Of a DNA stretch of 64,000 nt, positions 13,450 through 25,844 are shown piece by piece. A model generated the notes under the pieces. It saw only the letters and a program-made list of their open reading frames with translations. It searched no databases and was not told the DNA's origin. Source of the DNA: Mobula hypostoma (Eukaryota); the NCBI RefSeq assembly GCF_963921235.1, contig NC_086108.1, positions 107,138,001-107,202,000 on the forward strand. Reading direction: 5' to 3'. Numbering within the stretch: position 1 is the first letter of the stretch; every line of letters begins with the position of its first letter. The position numbers were made by a program, and so were the translations under genes.

Positions 13450-14123
13450 TTTTTTTTTAGATTATAAGGACCCACAGTCCTCTTTATTGTCATTTAGTAA
13501 TGCATGCATTAAGAAATGATACAATGTTCCTCCAGAATGATATCTTAGAAACATGAGACAAACCAAGACTGAAAAACTGACAAAACCCACTTGATTATAA
13601 CATATAGTTACAACAGTGCAAAACAATACCATAATTTGATAAAGAACAGATCATGGGCATGGTAAAAAACAGTTTCAAATTCTCTCGAAAGTCCCATCAT
13701 CTCACACAGATGGTAGAAGGAAGAAAAACTCTCCCTGCCATGAGCTTCCAGCGCCGCAAACTTGCTGATGCAGCATCCTGGAAGCACCCGACCGCAGCCG
13801 ACTCTTGAGTCCATCCGAAAACTTCAAGCCTCCGACCAGCCCTCCGACACCGAGCACCGAGCACCATCTCAGCCAAGCGCTTCGACCCCGGCCCCGGCAA
13901 CAGGCAGTAGGCAAAGCCAAGGATTTGGGGCCATCCCCTCCGGAGATTCTCGATCGCACAGTAGCAGCGGCAACGAAGCAGGCATTTCAGAAGTTTCTCC
14001 AGATGTTCCTCCATGCTTCTCACATCTGTCTCCATCAAATCAGGATTGTGCACAGTACCTACTTACCAATATGATATCATTTCAGAGCGGCCGCGCGCGC
14101 TGCGTTGCGCCGCCATCTTCTCC
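13450..14123 (-). mobile_element. Non-coding retroposon starting GAAGATGGCGGCG (same family as 39966-40655 plus and 33107-33510 minus)
   Basis: Three clearly homologous copies; CpG-rich 5' half; 3' end ...ATGACAATAAAG...ATAATCT plus A-tail. Confidence 0.75.
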
Positions 14124-14744
14124 TCTTACAATCCTTTGTAGGGTTTTGCAGTCATATGTCTTGCAATTCTCGTACTAGAGAGGAACACTGCCGCAAGAAG
14201 GCAGAATCTATCATCAAGGACTTCCACCATCCAGACCATGCTGTCTTCTCGCTACTACCAACAGGAAGGAGGCACAGGAGCCTTGGGTTCCACACCACCA
14301 AGTTCAGTAACTGTAGCTATTACCCTACAGCCATCAGGGTGGAAAACTTCACTCACCTCAACACTGAACTGATGAACTGATTCCACAACCTATGGACTCA
14401 TTTTCAAGGACTCTACAACTCATGTTATTTTATTTTATATATTTATTTAGAGATACAGAGAGTAACAGGCCCTTCCGGCCCATTTAGATGCTCTCCCCAG
14501 CAACCCATCCTATTTAAACAAAGCCTAATCACAGGACAAATTACAATGACCAATCAGCCTAATAACTGGTACCACCTTGGACAGTGGGAGGAAAGCAATT
14601 CATTCATGGGGAGAATGTAAAAACTCCTTACTGACAGGCCGGATTTGAACTCCGAACTCTGACGCACCAAGCTGTAATGGTGTTACATTTACCACTACAC
14701 TACTGTGGTGCCCTAAAGAAATTTGAAATAAAATGTTGTTTATT

Positions 14745-15410
14745 ATAAGACCATAAGACATAGAAGCAGAATTAGGCCATTCAACTCATCAAGGCTGTCC
14801 TGCCATTCCATCATGGCTGATGTATTATGCCTCTCAATCCCATTCTCCTGCCTTCTCCCCATAAGCTTTGAAACTTTTTCTAATCAAAGGTGGTGGGGTG
14901 GATATAATTCCCTACCAAAGGAGATGTAAGGTGCTCCTTCCCTTTGTTAGACTACAGGTCACCCGTGGGCAAGGTGTAACACTTGCTTAGCCCCCTGATC
15001 AGGGTCATATCAAGCCATGGGGGGCAGATGGTGGATGGTCATACGAGCAGCGGGTGCACATCACAAGCCCAGGTTATGTGACTATTGATGCCAGGCAGAC
15101 AATCTCTGAAGTGTATTGATATTGGCCGGGGTCACCCGTCTTGTAAAGACACACTCAAGAAGAAGTCAATGGCAAACAACTTCTTAGAAAAATTTGCCAA
15201 GGACAATCATGGTCAAAGTCCATGATTATTCACGTCATATGGCACATAATGATGATAATGACTAATCAAGAACCTATCAACCTCCGTTTTAAATATTCTC
15301 AATGAGTTAGCTTCCACAGCCATCTATAGCAATGAATTCTACAGATTTACCATCCTCTGGATAAAGAAATTCCTCCTCATCTCTGTTCAAATGGGATTTC
15401 TATTCTGAGC
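14745..15410 (-). mobile_element. CR1 3' end fragment interrupted by 14888-15261
   Basis: CR1 3'UTR/tail (ATAAGACC repeats on plus) and ORF2 terminal codons on both sides of the insert. Confidence 0.75.
14888..15261 (+). mobile_element. Short non-autonomous retroposon with (GAT)-type tail (relatives ~19240-19410, 38970-39430, 59300-59540 minus; 50465-50675 plus)
   Basis: 8-bp TSD CTAATCAA (14880-14887, 15262-15269); shared core GGGCAAGGTGTAGCACCTGCTTAGCCCCC across copies. Confidence 0.75.
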
Positions 15411-15454
15411 TTTGTCTTATTATTTGCATGTTTTGTTTGCTTTTGCACATTGGT

Positions 15455-15820
15455 TAGAGTCATAGAGTCACAGAAAAGTACAGCACAGAAACAGGCCTTT
15501 CAGCCCATCTAGTATATGCCGCGCCATTTAAACTGCCTAATCCCATCGACTTGCACCGGGACCGAAGCCCTCCACACCCTTCCCATTCATGTAACTATCC
15601 AAACTTCTGTTCAATATTAAAATAGAACTTGCAAACACCACTTGTGCTGGGAGCTCATTCCACACTCTCCTGATCCTCTGAGTGAAGAAGTTTCACCTTA
15701 AGGTCCCCTTAAAGTTTAAGGCCTAAACTTTTCCTCTTTCACCCTTAACCTGTGACCCCCTAAATCTAGTCCTATCCAATTTCAGTGGAAAAAGTCTGCC
15801 TGCATTTACCCTATCTATTC
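15455..15820 (-). mobile_element. CR1 3' fragment
   Basis: CR1-type terminal sequence with an AGAGTCAT repeat tail on plus. Confidence 0.65.
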
Positions 15821-18744
15821 CATTCATTAGTGTTTATCTTACACAAATTCTATTGCATTTCCTTACTTTCCTGTAAATGCCTGCAAGAAAATAAATCTCA
15901 GGGTAGTATATGATGATATATATGTACTTTGATAGTAAATTGGCGTTGACTCATTTTAGGAGACTGAGGTCTAGGCTCCACTCTAAAACATCTGCTCAAG
16001 TGCAATTCCACTCTCTCGCAGGCACTGTACAATAGCTTAGTTGCTTGGGCAGTTGAAATACAAGACATCTCCCTGACACAATGCCAAGGCAACTTCCACT
16101 AATCTGGTCAGCATTCTTTCCTCAATCCAAAGCAGATTAACGCTGTTCGGTACCATCTGCAAATCTGACTGATGTAACAACAGTATCCGCAGTTCAAAGC
16201 AATTCATTGCATGTGTGAAATACTTCTGAAGTGCAGCTCTGTAAAATATGAAAGCAATTTCTTTATTACCATGTCTACTTTTATAGAATGCACATTATAT
16301 TCTACAGTTTGAGAAATAATTGAAAAGTGATATGTAAGTGAACAACCTGAGAGGCTGTTTCTTATTGAGTTACCATCTTGATCTCAAATCAAATAACCCC
16401 ATGCTATTTCTCTCTGCAATAAAGTGATGTGGCACATTATAGTATCCCTCATTTCTCCAGGCTACAAAAGCTAGTAATACCTTCTCACTGACATCAATCA
16501 CAGCTTCAGGACACAAAAGAACCAAGCCTGTGCTGAAGAGAGTAATTCCAGGCTCGTTGTCTCTGACTGACCGTTCAAAGTGAGGGAGAAAGCATGTTAG
16601 GGCAATTGTGTTCTAGCTGGTCGCATTCGCAGATTGCTTTTTGAGACAAGCTCATCTACCTTGCAGGAAGGCAAGTGGGCATAACAAGGTCATCTGGACA
16701 GAGGAGATGTTTTCTAACTGGCAAAACTGGTCTTAGGCAATGGATAACTGATCTCAGAGGTAGTGTGATCATAGCGGTTGAGTACAATGTTTTCCAAAGG
16801 GGGTCTCAGGTGGATGTAGAACCAGTCAAGGATTCACATATCTTGCATAGGGTGGATTCCCTGAATGGAGAATGCTTGTGCATGTCTTTGTTTAACGTAG
16901 GGAAGCAGATGCATGGGCAGCCACCACATGCTCATTGGCAGATCAGGCAGGATCCAGTGACAAAGGTTCATTTTATTATCACAGTATGTATGCAGAATAC
17001 AACTCTGAAATTTGTCTTCTCCAGATAGCGATAAGATACAGAAACCCATAGAAGCAGTAGAAAGAAAGACATCAATATTGCACCACACAAAAAGAAAAAG
17101 AAGCAAAAGCATGCAAATCCCAACCCCTCCCTTGCACAAAAACTAGGCTCTAACACTTTCAAAAATAAAATTAAGTTAAAAGATTAAGTCGAAGATTCAG
17201 AAAAACAGGAATGTTTGACTATCTAGAATTTGGCATGTAATAAGACATAGGAGTAGAATTAAGCTACTTGGCCCATCGAGTCTTCTCTGTCATTCCATCA
17301 TGGCTGATTTATTACCTCCGCAAACCGCACTCTCCTGCCTTCGTCCATAACCTTTGATGCCCTTACCAATCAAGAACCTATCAACATCCACTTTAAATAG
17401 ACTCAATGACTTTACAGCCCAATGATTGAACCCCACCAGGTGCAAGGCAACTGGGGACCCTTCACTACTTCAGCCTTCCTCTGTCTTCTCTTCCATTGAG
17501 ATGTGTCATCATCTTCCATCAGCTCCATCATTGAGACCTTGGCTGAATTACTCTTAGTCTAGAACCTCCCCTTGACCTTATCACTAGAATTGAAGTACCA
17601 GATCAAAGTTCAAAGCTTGAAGTAAATTTATTATCAAAGTGTATATTTGTCATCCTAAGATTCATTTTATTGGGGGCATTCACATTAAATACAAATACAC
17701 ACAATAAAGTCAGTGGAAACTTGCATACAAAAATGGACAAACTAATGTGCAAAATACAACTATGCAAATAAAAAAAGGAATCGAGAAACACTAAATAAAC
17801 AAACAAGCAAACAAACAAATAAATAAATATTGAGAACATGAATTGTAGAGTTCTTGTGAGTGACTCCACGGGCTGTGCAATCAGTTCAGTGTTGAGGTGA
17901 GTGAAGATGTCCATGCTGGTTCAGAAGTTTGCTGGTTGAAGTGTAATAACTGTTCCAGAACCAAGTGGTTTCCCATCACCGAACTGTTCTCACAACCTAT
18001 GGACTTACTTTCAAGGACTCTTCACCTCATGTTCTCGATACTTATTGCAAATTTATTTATTATCATAATTTTGCTTTTTTTGTATTTGCATGGTCTGTTC
18101 CCTTTTGCACACCAGTTGTCTGCACTGTTAGTGTGGCCTTTCATTGATCCTGTTGTGGTTATTGGATTAATTGAGTATACCCGCAGGAATATGAATCTCA
18201 GGGTTGTATATGGTTACATATGTGTACTTTGATAATAAATTTACTTTGAACTTTGAACTTTGGTGTAGGATATAAAGTTCCTCTACCTCCTCCTACCTCC
18301 TTCCTGATGGCAGAAGCAAGAAGACAGCATGGCCTGGATGATGGGCCTAAATGCCAGATGGCATCACTCTTGGGATCTCAGGAACTCACACGCATCTCCA
18401 CCCTGACAAGGTGCTGATCCTCAGAGAAGACAGAATAATACAGCATGGAAACATGACCTCTGACTTCCTACCTCACTGCTCAGTCCCAACCAAGAATACA
18501 AACTAAGCATGTTCTAATTGCCCTTGTTTGACTTGTAGGCCTCTAGGCCTTTCCTACCTGTTCGATTACCTTTTAAATGTTGTTAATGTCTCTACCTGAA
18601 CCATTTCTTTGGGTAACTCATTTCATATATTGACCACCCTTTTGGTGAAAAAGGTTCAGCTGAGGTTCTGATGAAATTTCCCCCCCTTACCTTGAATCTA
18701 TGTCCTCCACTTATTGATTCTCCAGCACTGGATAAAAGACCGTA

Positions 18745-19070
18745 AGAGCATAAGACATAAGAGCAGAATTAGGCTATTTGTCTCACTGAGTCCTAGACTT
18801 TTCTTTCATAGGAAACATTCTTTCATAGGAAATATCCTTTCCATGTCCACTCTAACTATGCATTTCAATATTTACCACATTTCAATGAGATTCCCCTCCT
18901 CATTCTTCTAAACTCCAGTGAGCCATCAAACATTAACCCACTCGTTCTTGGAATCATTCTCATGAATCTCCTCTGGACCCTCTCCAATATCAGCACATCC
19001 GTTTTTAGATAAGGGTCCGAGAACAACCCACAATAATCCAAGTGTGGTCTGCTCAATAGTTATAAAGCAT
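18745..19070 (-). mobile_element. CR1 3' fragment with internal deletion
   Basis: ORF 18865..19056 (RPHLDYC...LERVQRRF). Confidence 0.75.
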
Positions 19071-19976
19071 CAACCTTAAGATGTAATCCTTCAGCCTCAG
19101 CAAGACAGAGCACATTGACTCTAACCATGCCCCTCATAATTTTTATACATCTTTATACAATCACCACCCCTTCTCCTATGCCCCAGTGAAAACCAATTGC
19201 AACCTGCATAACCTCTGTCCACATAACCAGGACTTGTAATATGCACCAGCAGCTCATATGACCATCCACCACTTTCTCTAATGGCTTCACATGACTCTGA
19301 TCGGGGGGCTAAGCAGATGCTACACCTTGTCCAAGGGTGACCTGCAGGCTAGTGGAGGGAATGAGTGCCTTACACCTCCTGTGGTAGAGATGATTCTCCA
19401 CTCCATCACACACATATATAATTCAGAATTTCATAATTAGTTAAACATGGTTTGGAATGTGCTGAAATCCAGAAGATAATTAGATGGATATCAGGTCCTT
19501 AATGGACCACTTGCTTGTTCTTCATTTCTCTTTCTGTAGAGTCTTGTGGATGAACTAGGCACTTCAGAATCAAAATTAAAATCAGAATCAGATTTAACAT
19601 CATTGGCATATATCGTGAAATTTGTTGTTTAGCAGCAGAAGTGCATTGCAATACATAACATTTTTTTAAAAAACTATAAAATAAAATAAGAAATATATTT
19701 TTAAAAATTAAATTAAATAAGTAGAGCAAAAAAAAATAGTGGAGTAGTGTAATGGGTTCATTGTCCATTTAGAAATTTGATGGTGGTGGGGAAAAAGCTG
19801 TTCCTGAAATTTTGAGTGAGTGTCTTCAAGCTCCTGTACCTCCTCCTTGATGGTAGCAATGAGAAAAAGACAAGTCCTTAACGATGGATGCTACCTGTTT
19901 GAGGCATCACGTTTTGAAGGCATCCTCAATGCTGAGGTGGCTAGTGGCCATGATGGAGCTAGCTAAGTTTACAACT

Positions 19977-21735
19977 CAAACAACAGGAATTCTGCAGATG
20001 CTGGAAATTCAAGCAACATACATCAAAGTTGCTGGTGAACGCAGCAGGCCAAGCAGCATCTATAGGAAGAGGTGCAGTCGACGTTTCAGGCCGAGACCCT
20101 TCGTCAGGACTTACTAAAGGAAGAGTGAGTAAGGGATTTGAAAGCTGGAGGGGGAGGGGGAGATGCAAAATGATAGAAGAAGACAGGAGGGGGAGGGATA
20201 GAGCCGAGAGCTGGACAGGTGATAGGCAAAAGGGGATACGAGAGGATCATGGGACAGGAGGTCCGGGAAGAAAGACAAGGGGGGGGGGTTGACCCAGAGG
20301 ATGGGCAAGAGGTATATTCAGAGGGACAGAGGGAGAAAAAGGAGAGTGAGAGAAAGAATGTGTGCATAAAAATGAGTAACAGATGGGGTACGAGGGGGAG
20401 GTGGGGCCTTAGCGGAAGTTAGAGAAGTCGATGTTCATGCTATCAGGTTGGAGGCTACCCAGACGGAATATAAGGTGTTGTTCCTCCAACCTGAGTGTGG
20501 CTTCATCTTTACAGTAGAGGAGGCCGTGGATAGACATGTCAGAATGGGAATGGGATGTGGAATTAAAATGTGTGGCCACTGGGAGATCCTGCTTTCTCTG
20601 GTGGACAGAGCGTAGATGTTCAGCAAAGCGGTCTCCCAGTCTGCGTCGGGTCTCACCAATATATAAAAGGCCACATCGGGAGCACCGGACGCAGTATATC
20701 ACCCCAGTCGACTCACAGGTGAAGTGATGCCTCACCTGGAAGGACTGTTTGGGGCCCTGAATGGTGGTAAGGGAGGAAGTGTAAGGGCATGTGTAGCACT
20801 TGTTCCGCTTACACGGATAAGTGCCAGGAGGGAGATCAGTGGGGAGGGATGGGGGGGACGAATGGACAAGGGAGTTGTGTAGGGAGCGATCCCTGCGGAA
20901 TGCAGAGAGAGGCGGGGAGGGAAAGATGTGCTTAGTGGTGGGATCCCGTTGGAGGTGGCGGAAGTTACGGAGAATAATATGTTGGACCCGGAGGCTGGTG
21001 GGGTGGTAGGTGAGGACCAGGGGAACCCTATTCCTAGTGGGGTGGTGGGAGGATGGAGTGAGAGCAGATGTACGTGAAATGGGGGAGATGCGTTTAAGAG
21101 CAGAGTTGATAGTGGAGGAAGGGAAGCCCCTTTCTTTAAAAAATGAAGACATCTCCCTCGTCCTAGAATGAAAAGCCTCATCCTGAGAGCAGATGCGGCG
21201 GAGACGGAGGAATTGCGAGAAGGGGATGGCGTTTTTGCAAGAGACAGGGTGAGAAGAGGAATAGTCCAGATAGCTGTGAGAGTCAGTAGGCTTATAGTAG
21301 TCATCAGTGGATAAGCTGTCTCCAGAGACAGAGACAGAAAGATCTAGAAAGGGGAGGGAGGTGTCGGAAATGGACCAGGTAAACTTGAGGGCAGGGTGAA
21401 AGTTGGAGGCAAAGTTAATAAAGTCAACGAGTTCTGCATGCGTGCAGGAAGCAGCGCCAATGCAGTCGTCGATGTAGCGAAGGAAAAGTGGGGGACAGAT
21501 ACCAGAATAGGCACGGAACATAGATTGTTCCACAAACCCAACAAAAAGGCAGGCATAGCTAGGACCCATACGGGTGCCCACAGCTACACCTTTAGTTTGG
21601 AGGAAATGGGAGGAGCAAAAGGAGAAATTATTAAGAGTAAGGACTAATTCCGCTAGACGGAGCAGAGTGGTGGTAGAGGGGAACTGATTAGGTCTGGAAT
21701 CCAAAAAGAAGCGTAGAGCTTTGAGACCTTCCTGA
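19977..21735 (-). mobile_element. Penelope-like element copy A (Neptune-type), 5'-truncated
   Basis: About 440 uninterrupted codons (20409-21735): RT (QTKGVAVGTRMGPSYA, FLRYIDD), Cys linker CKRNKCYTC, GIY-YIG endonuclease (GVIYCVRCSRCGLLYIGETRRRLGDRFAEH), then the ribozyme-bearing terminal repeat. Confidence 0.95.
20076..20111 (-). ncRNA. Minimal hammerhead ribozyme motif in Penelope copy A
   Basis: Minus strand AGTCCTGACGAAGGGTCTCGGCCTGAAACGTCGACT; core intact. Confidence 0.8.
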
Positions 21736-21771
21736 CAGTGATGAAACCATCCTAAGTCATGCAAACAACTT

Positions 21772-23495
21772 AAGACCATAAGACCATCAGACACAGGAGC
21801 AGAATTAGACCATTTGACCAATTGAGTCTGCTCCGCCAAATGGCTGATCCATTTTTCCCCTCCACAGACGCACACCCCAGACTTCTCCCTGTAACCTTTG
21901 ACGCCATGTTCAATCAAGAACCGATCAAGCTCTGCCTTAAATATACCCAACGACCTGGCCTCCACAGCTGCCTGTGGTAATAAATTCTACAAATTCGCCA
22001 CCCGCTGGCTAAAGAAATTTCTGCTCATCTCTCATGTAAATGGACGCTGATTGCCCTCTATCCTGAGGCTGTGCCCTCTTGTCTTAGACACGCCCCTACC
22101 ATGGGAAATGTCCTTTCCACATCTACTCTGTCTAGGCCTTTCAACATTCAAAAAGGTTTCAATCAGATCCCCCCTCATCCTTTTAAATTCCAGTGAGTAC
22201 AGAACCAGAGCCATCAAACATTCCTTATGATAGCCCTTTCATTCCTGGAATCATCCTTGTGATTCAGAAAGTCATCATTCAGAAAGTCAGAAGGCATGGG
22301 ATCCAGGGAAGTTTGGCCAGGTGGATTCAGGATTGGCTTGCCTGCAGAAAGCAGAGGGTAGTGGTGGAGGGAGTACATTCAGATTGGAGGGTTGTGACTA
22401 GTGGTGTCCCACAAGGATCGGTTCTGGGACTTCTACTTTTCGTGATCTTTATTAACGACCTGGATGTGGGGGTAGAAGGGTGGGTTGTCAAGTTTGCAGG
22501 TGACGCAAAGGTTGGTGGTGTTGTGGATAGTGTAGAGAATTGTCGAAGATTGCAGAGAGACATTACAGAAGTGGGCTGAGAAGTGGCAGATGGAGTTCAA
22601 CCCAGAGAAGTGTGAGGTGGTACACTTTGGAAGGACAAACTCCAACGCAGTGTACAAAGTAAACGGCAGGATACTTGGTAGTGTGGAGGAGCAGAGGGAT
22701 CTGGGATACATGTCCACAGATCCCTGCAAGTTGCCTCACAGGTAGATAGGGTAGTTAAGAAAGCTTATGGAGGGTTAGCTTTCATAAGTCGAGGGGTAGA
22801 GTTTAAGAGTTGTGGGTAATGATGCAGCTCTATAAAACTCTGGTTAGGCCACACTTGGAGTACTGTGTCCCGTTCTGGTTGCCTCACTATAGGAAGGATG
22901 TGGAAGCATTGGAAAGGGTACAGAGGAGATTTACCAGGATGCTGCCTGGTTTAGAGAGTATGCATTATGATCAGAGATTAAGGGAGCTAGGGCTTTACTG
23001 TTTGGAGAGAAGGAGGATGAGAGGAGACATGATAGAGGTGTACAAGATAATAAGAGGAATAGATAGAGTGGATAGCCAGCGCCTCTTCCCCAGGGCACCA
23101 CTGCTCAATACAAGAGGACATGGCTTTAAGGTAAGGGGTGGGAAGTTCAAGAGGGATATTAGAGGAAGGTTTTTTACTCAGAGAGTGGTTGGTACGTGGA
23201 ATGCACTGCCTGAGTCGGTGGTGGAGGCAGATACACTAGTGAAATTTAAGAGACTACTAGACAGGTATATGGAGGAATTTAAGGTGGGAGTTATATGGGA
23301 GACAGGGTTTAAGGGTCAGCACAAAATTGTGGGCCGAAGGGCCTGTACTGTGCTGTATTGTTCTATGTTCTATGTTCTATGTAACCTCCTCTGAACCCTC
23401 TCCAATGCCAGCACATTTTTTTCTCAGATGAGGAGCCCAAAACAGTTAATAATACTCAGAGTGAGGCCTTACCAGTGCCTTATAAAACCTCAGGT
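21772..23495 (-). mobile_element. CR1 3' fragment (21772-22261 and 23383-23495) interrupted by an antisense CR1
   Basis: Host breaks at ATCATCCTTGTG and resumes AACCTCCTCTGAACCC. Confidence 0.8.
22262..23382 (+). mobile_element. Young CR1 3' fragment
   Basis: ORFs 22193..22579 ([10 protein letters not shown]) and 22810..23394; (TTCTATG)n tail; same subfamily as 57104-57770. Confidence 0.9.
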
Positions 23496-24625
23496 ATAAA
23501 CTTACTAGGAGGACGAAGTCACCATTGTGATTCTTCTAGTTTCAGTTACTTATTGATAGTTCATGAAAAACCTCTACTCAACTGCTCAAGGAACATTACT
23601 GCCCAAGGTTGTATCCCCCAGTCAGTCTATTCTTTGATTCACTGTAATATAGTTACTTTAATGTCCTTGATTAAAACTCTGGAGGATAATAACACAGAAA
23701 AGGGTTTCATTCACAATGTTTAGAGCAACTGTAATGCCCAGTAATGTTAAGCCGTTGAATTGTCATTGCACAGCAGAATAACATTGAACCCAGTGTGTCC
23801 ATACTGCCTACTTGGAGAATAATCTTAACAGTCCTCGTTTCCTTCTTATTGCTGGGAAGTTACTGCCTTCTATGTTCTTATCTCTAAGAGATCATAAGAA
23901 GTCTTTACAGGAACTTTGAAACATCATTAGCCTAGTTTCAAAGTCAAAGTCAAGTTTATTGCTATCTGCACAAGCACATGAATGCACAGGTGCACTGAAT
24001 AACTTATTTGCAGCAGCAAAACATACACATACACACAGTGGCCACTTTACTAGGCATCTTCTAGACCTAACAAACTGGCCACTGGGTGTATATTTGTGGT
24101 CTTCTGCAGCAGCCCATCCGCTTCAATGTTCAATGTATTGTGTATTCAGAAATGCTCTTCTGCACACCACTGAAGCAAAGTGTGGTTCTTTGAGTTACTG
24201 TTGCCTTCCTGTCAGCCTGAACCAGTCTGGTTATTCTCCTCTGAACTCTTTCAGTAACAGGGCATTTTTGCCCACATATCTTCTGCTCACTGGATGATTT
24301 TTTTTGTTTTTTGTACCATTCTCTATTACCTCTAGAGCAAGGGTTCTCAGCCTTTTTTTATGGCATGGACCAATGCCATTGAATTGTAGACCCCAGTCAG
24401 TTTGGGTTGGCAAAAACATCTCCTCCACAATCTCCATCAGCACAGGAGCACCACAGCTTAGCACCCTGCTCTACTCATGTTACACCTCTGACAGTGTGGC
24501 TAAGTACAGCTCCAACACCATATAAAAAAGCAAACAACAGGAATTCCGCAGATGCTGGAAATTCAACACACATCAAAGTTGCTGGTGAACGCAGCAGGCC
24601 AGGCAGCATCTCTAGGAAGAGGAAC

Positions 24626-24661
24626 AGTCGACATTTCAGACCGACACCCTTCGTCAGGACT
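24626..24661 (-). ncRNA. Hammerhead motif (mutated) in Penelope copy B
   Basis: AGTCCTGACGAAGGGTGTCGGTCTGAAATGTCGACT; substitutions in stems II and III. Confidence 0.6.
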
Positions 24662-25844
24662 AACTGAAGGAAGAGTGAGTAAGGGATTTGAAAGTTGGAG
24701 GGGGAGGGGGAGATCCAAAATGATAGGAGAAGACAGGAGGGGGAGGGATAGAGCCAAGAGCTGGACGGGTGATATGCAAAAGGGGATACGAGAGGATCGT
24801 GGGACAGGAGGTCCAGGAAGAAAGACAAGTGGGGGGGGGAACCCAGAGGATGGGCAAGGGGTATGGTCAGAGGGACAGAGGGAGAAAAAGGAGAGTGAGA
24901 GAAAGAATGTGTGTATAAAAATAAATAACAGATGGGGTACGAGGGGGAGGTGGGGCATTAGCGGAAGTTAGAGAAGTCGATGTTCATGCCATCAGGTTGG
25001 AGGCTACCCTGACGGAATATAAGGTGTTGTTCCTCCAACCTGAATGTGGCTTCATCTTTACAGTAGAGGAGGCCGTGGAGAGACATGTCAGAATGGGAAT
25101 GGGATGTGGAATTAAAATGTGCGGCCACTGAGAGATCCTGCTTTCTCTGGTGGACAGAGCGCAGGTGTTCAGCAAAGCGGTCTCCCAGTCTGCGTCGAGT
25201 CTCGCCAATATATAAAAGGCCACATCGGGAGCATCGGATGCAGTATATCACCCCAGTCGACTCACAGGTGAAGTGTCGCCTCACCTGGAAGGACTGTTTG
25301 GGGTCCTGAATGGTGGTAAGGGAGGAAGTGTAAGGGCATATGTAGCACTTGTTCCGTTTACAAGGATAAATGCCAGGAGGGAGATCAGTGGGGAGGGATG
25401 GGGGGGATGAATGGACAAGGGAGGCGCGTAGGGAGCGATCCCTGCGGATAGCAGAGGGGGGGGAGGGAAAGATGTGCTTAGTGGTGGGATCCCGTTGGAG
25501 GTGGCGGAAGTTACGGAGAATAATATGTTGGACCCAGAGGCTGGTGGGGTGGTAGGTGAGGACCAGGGGAACCCTATTCCTAGTGGGGTGGTGGGAGGAT
25601 GGAGTGAGAGCAGATGCAGGTGAAATGGGGGAGATGTGTTTGAGAGCAGAGTTGATAGTGGAGGAAGGGAAGCCCCTTTCTTTAAAAAAGGAGGACATCT
25701 CACTCGTCCTGGAATGAAAAGCCTCATCCTGAGAGCAGATGCGGCAGAGACGGAGGAATTGCGAGAAGGGGATGGCATTTTTGCAAGAGACAGGGTGAGA
25801 AGAGGAATAGTCCAGATAGCTGTGAGAGTCAGTAGGCTTATAGT

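Noticed and set aside
20409..21965. 518-aa ORF as a novel CR1-Penelope fusion protein
   Set aside because: The first ~75 residues are a CR1 terminal fragment and 3'UTR that happen to be in frame with a 5'-truncated Penelope; the start is non-ATG and half the RT is missing.
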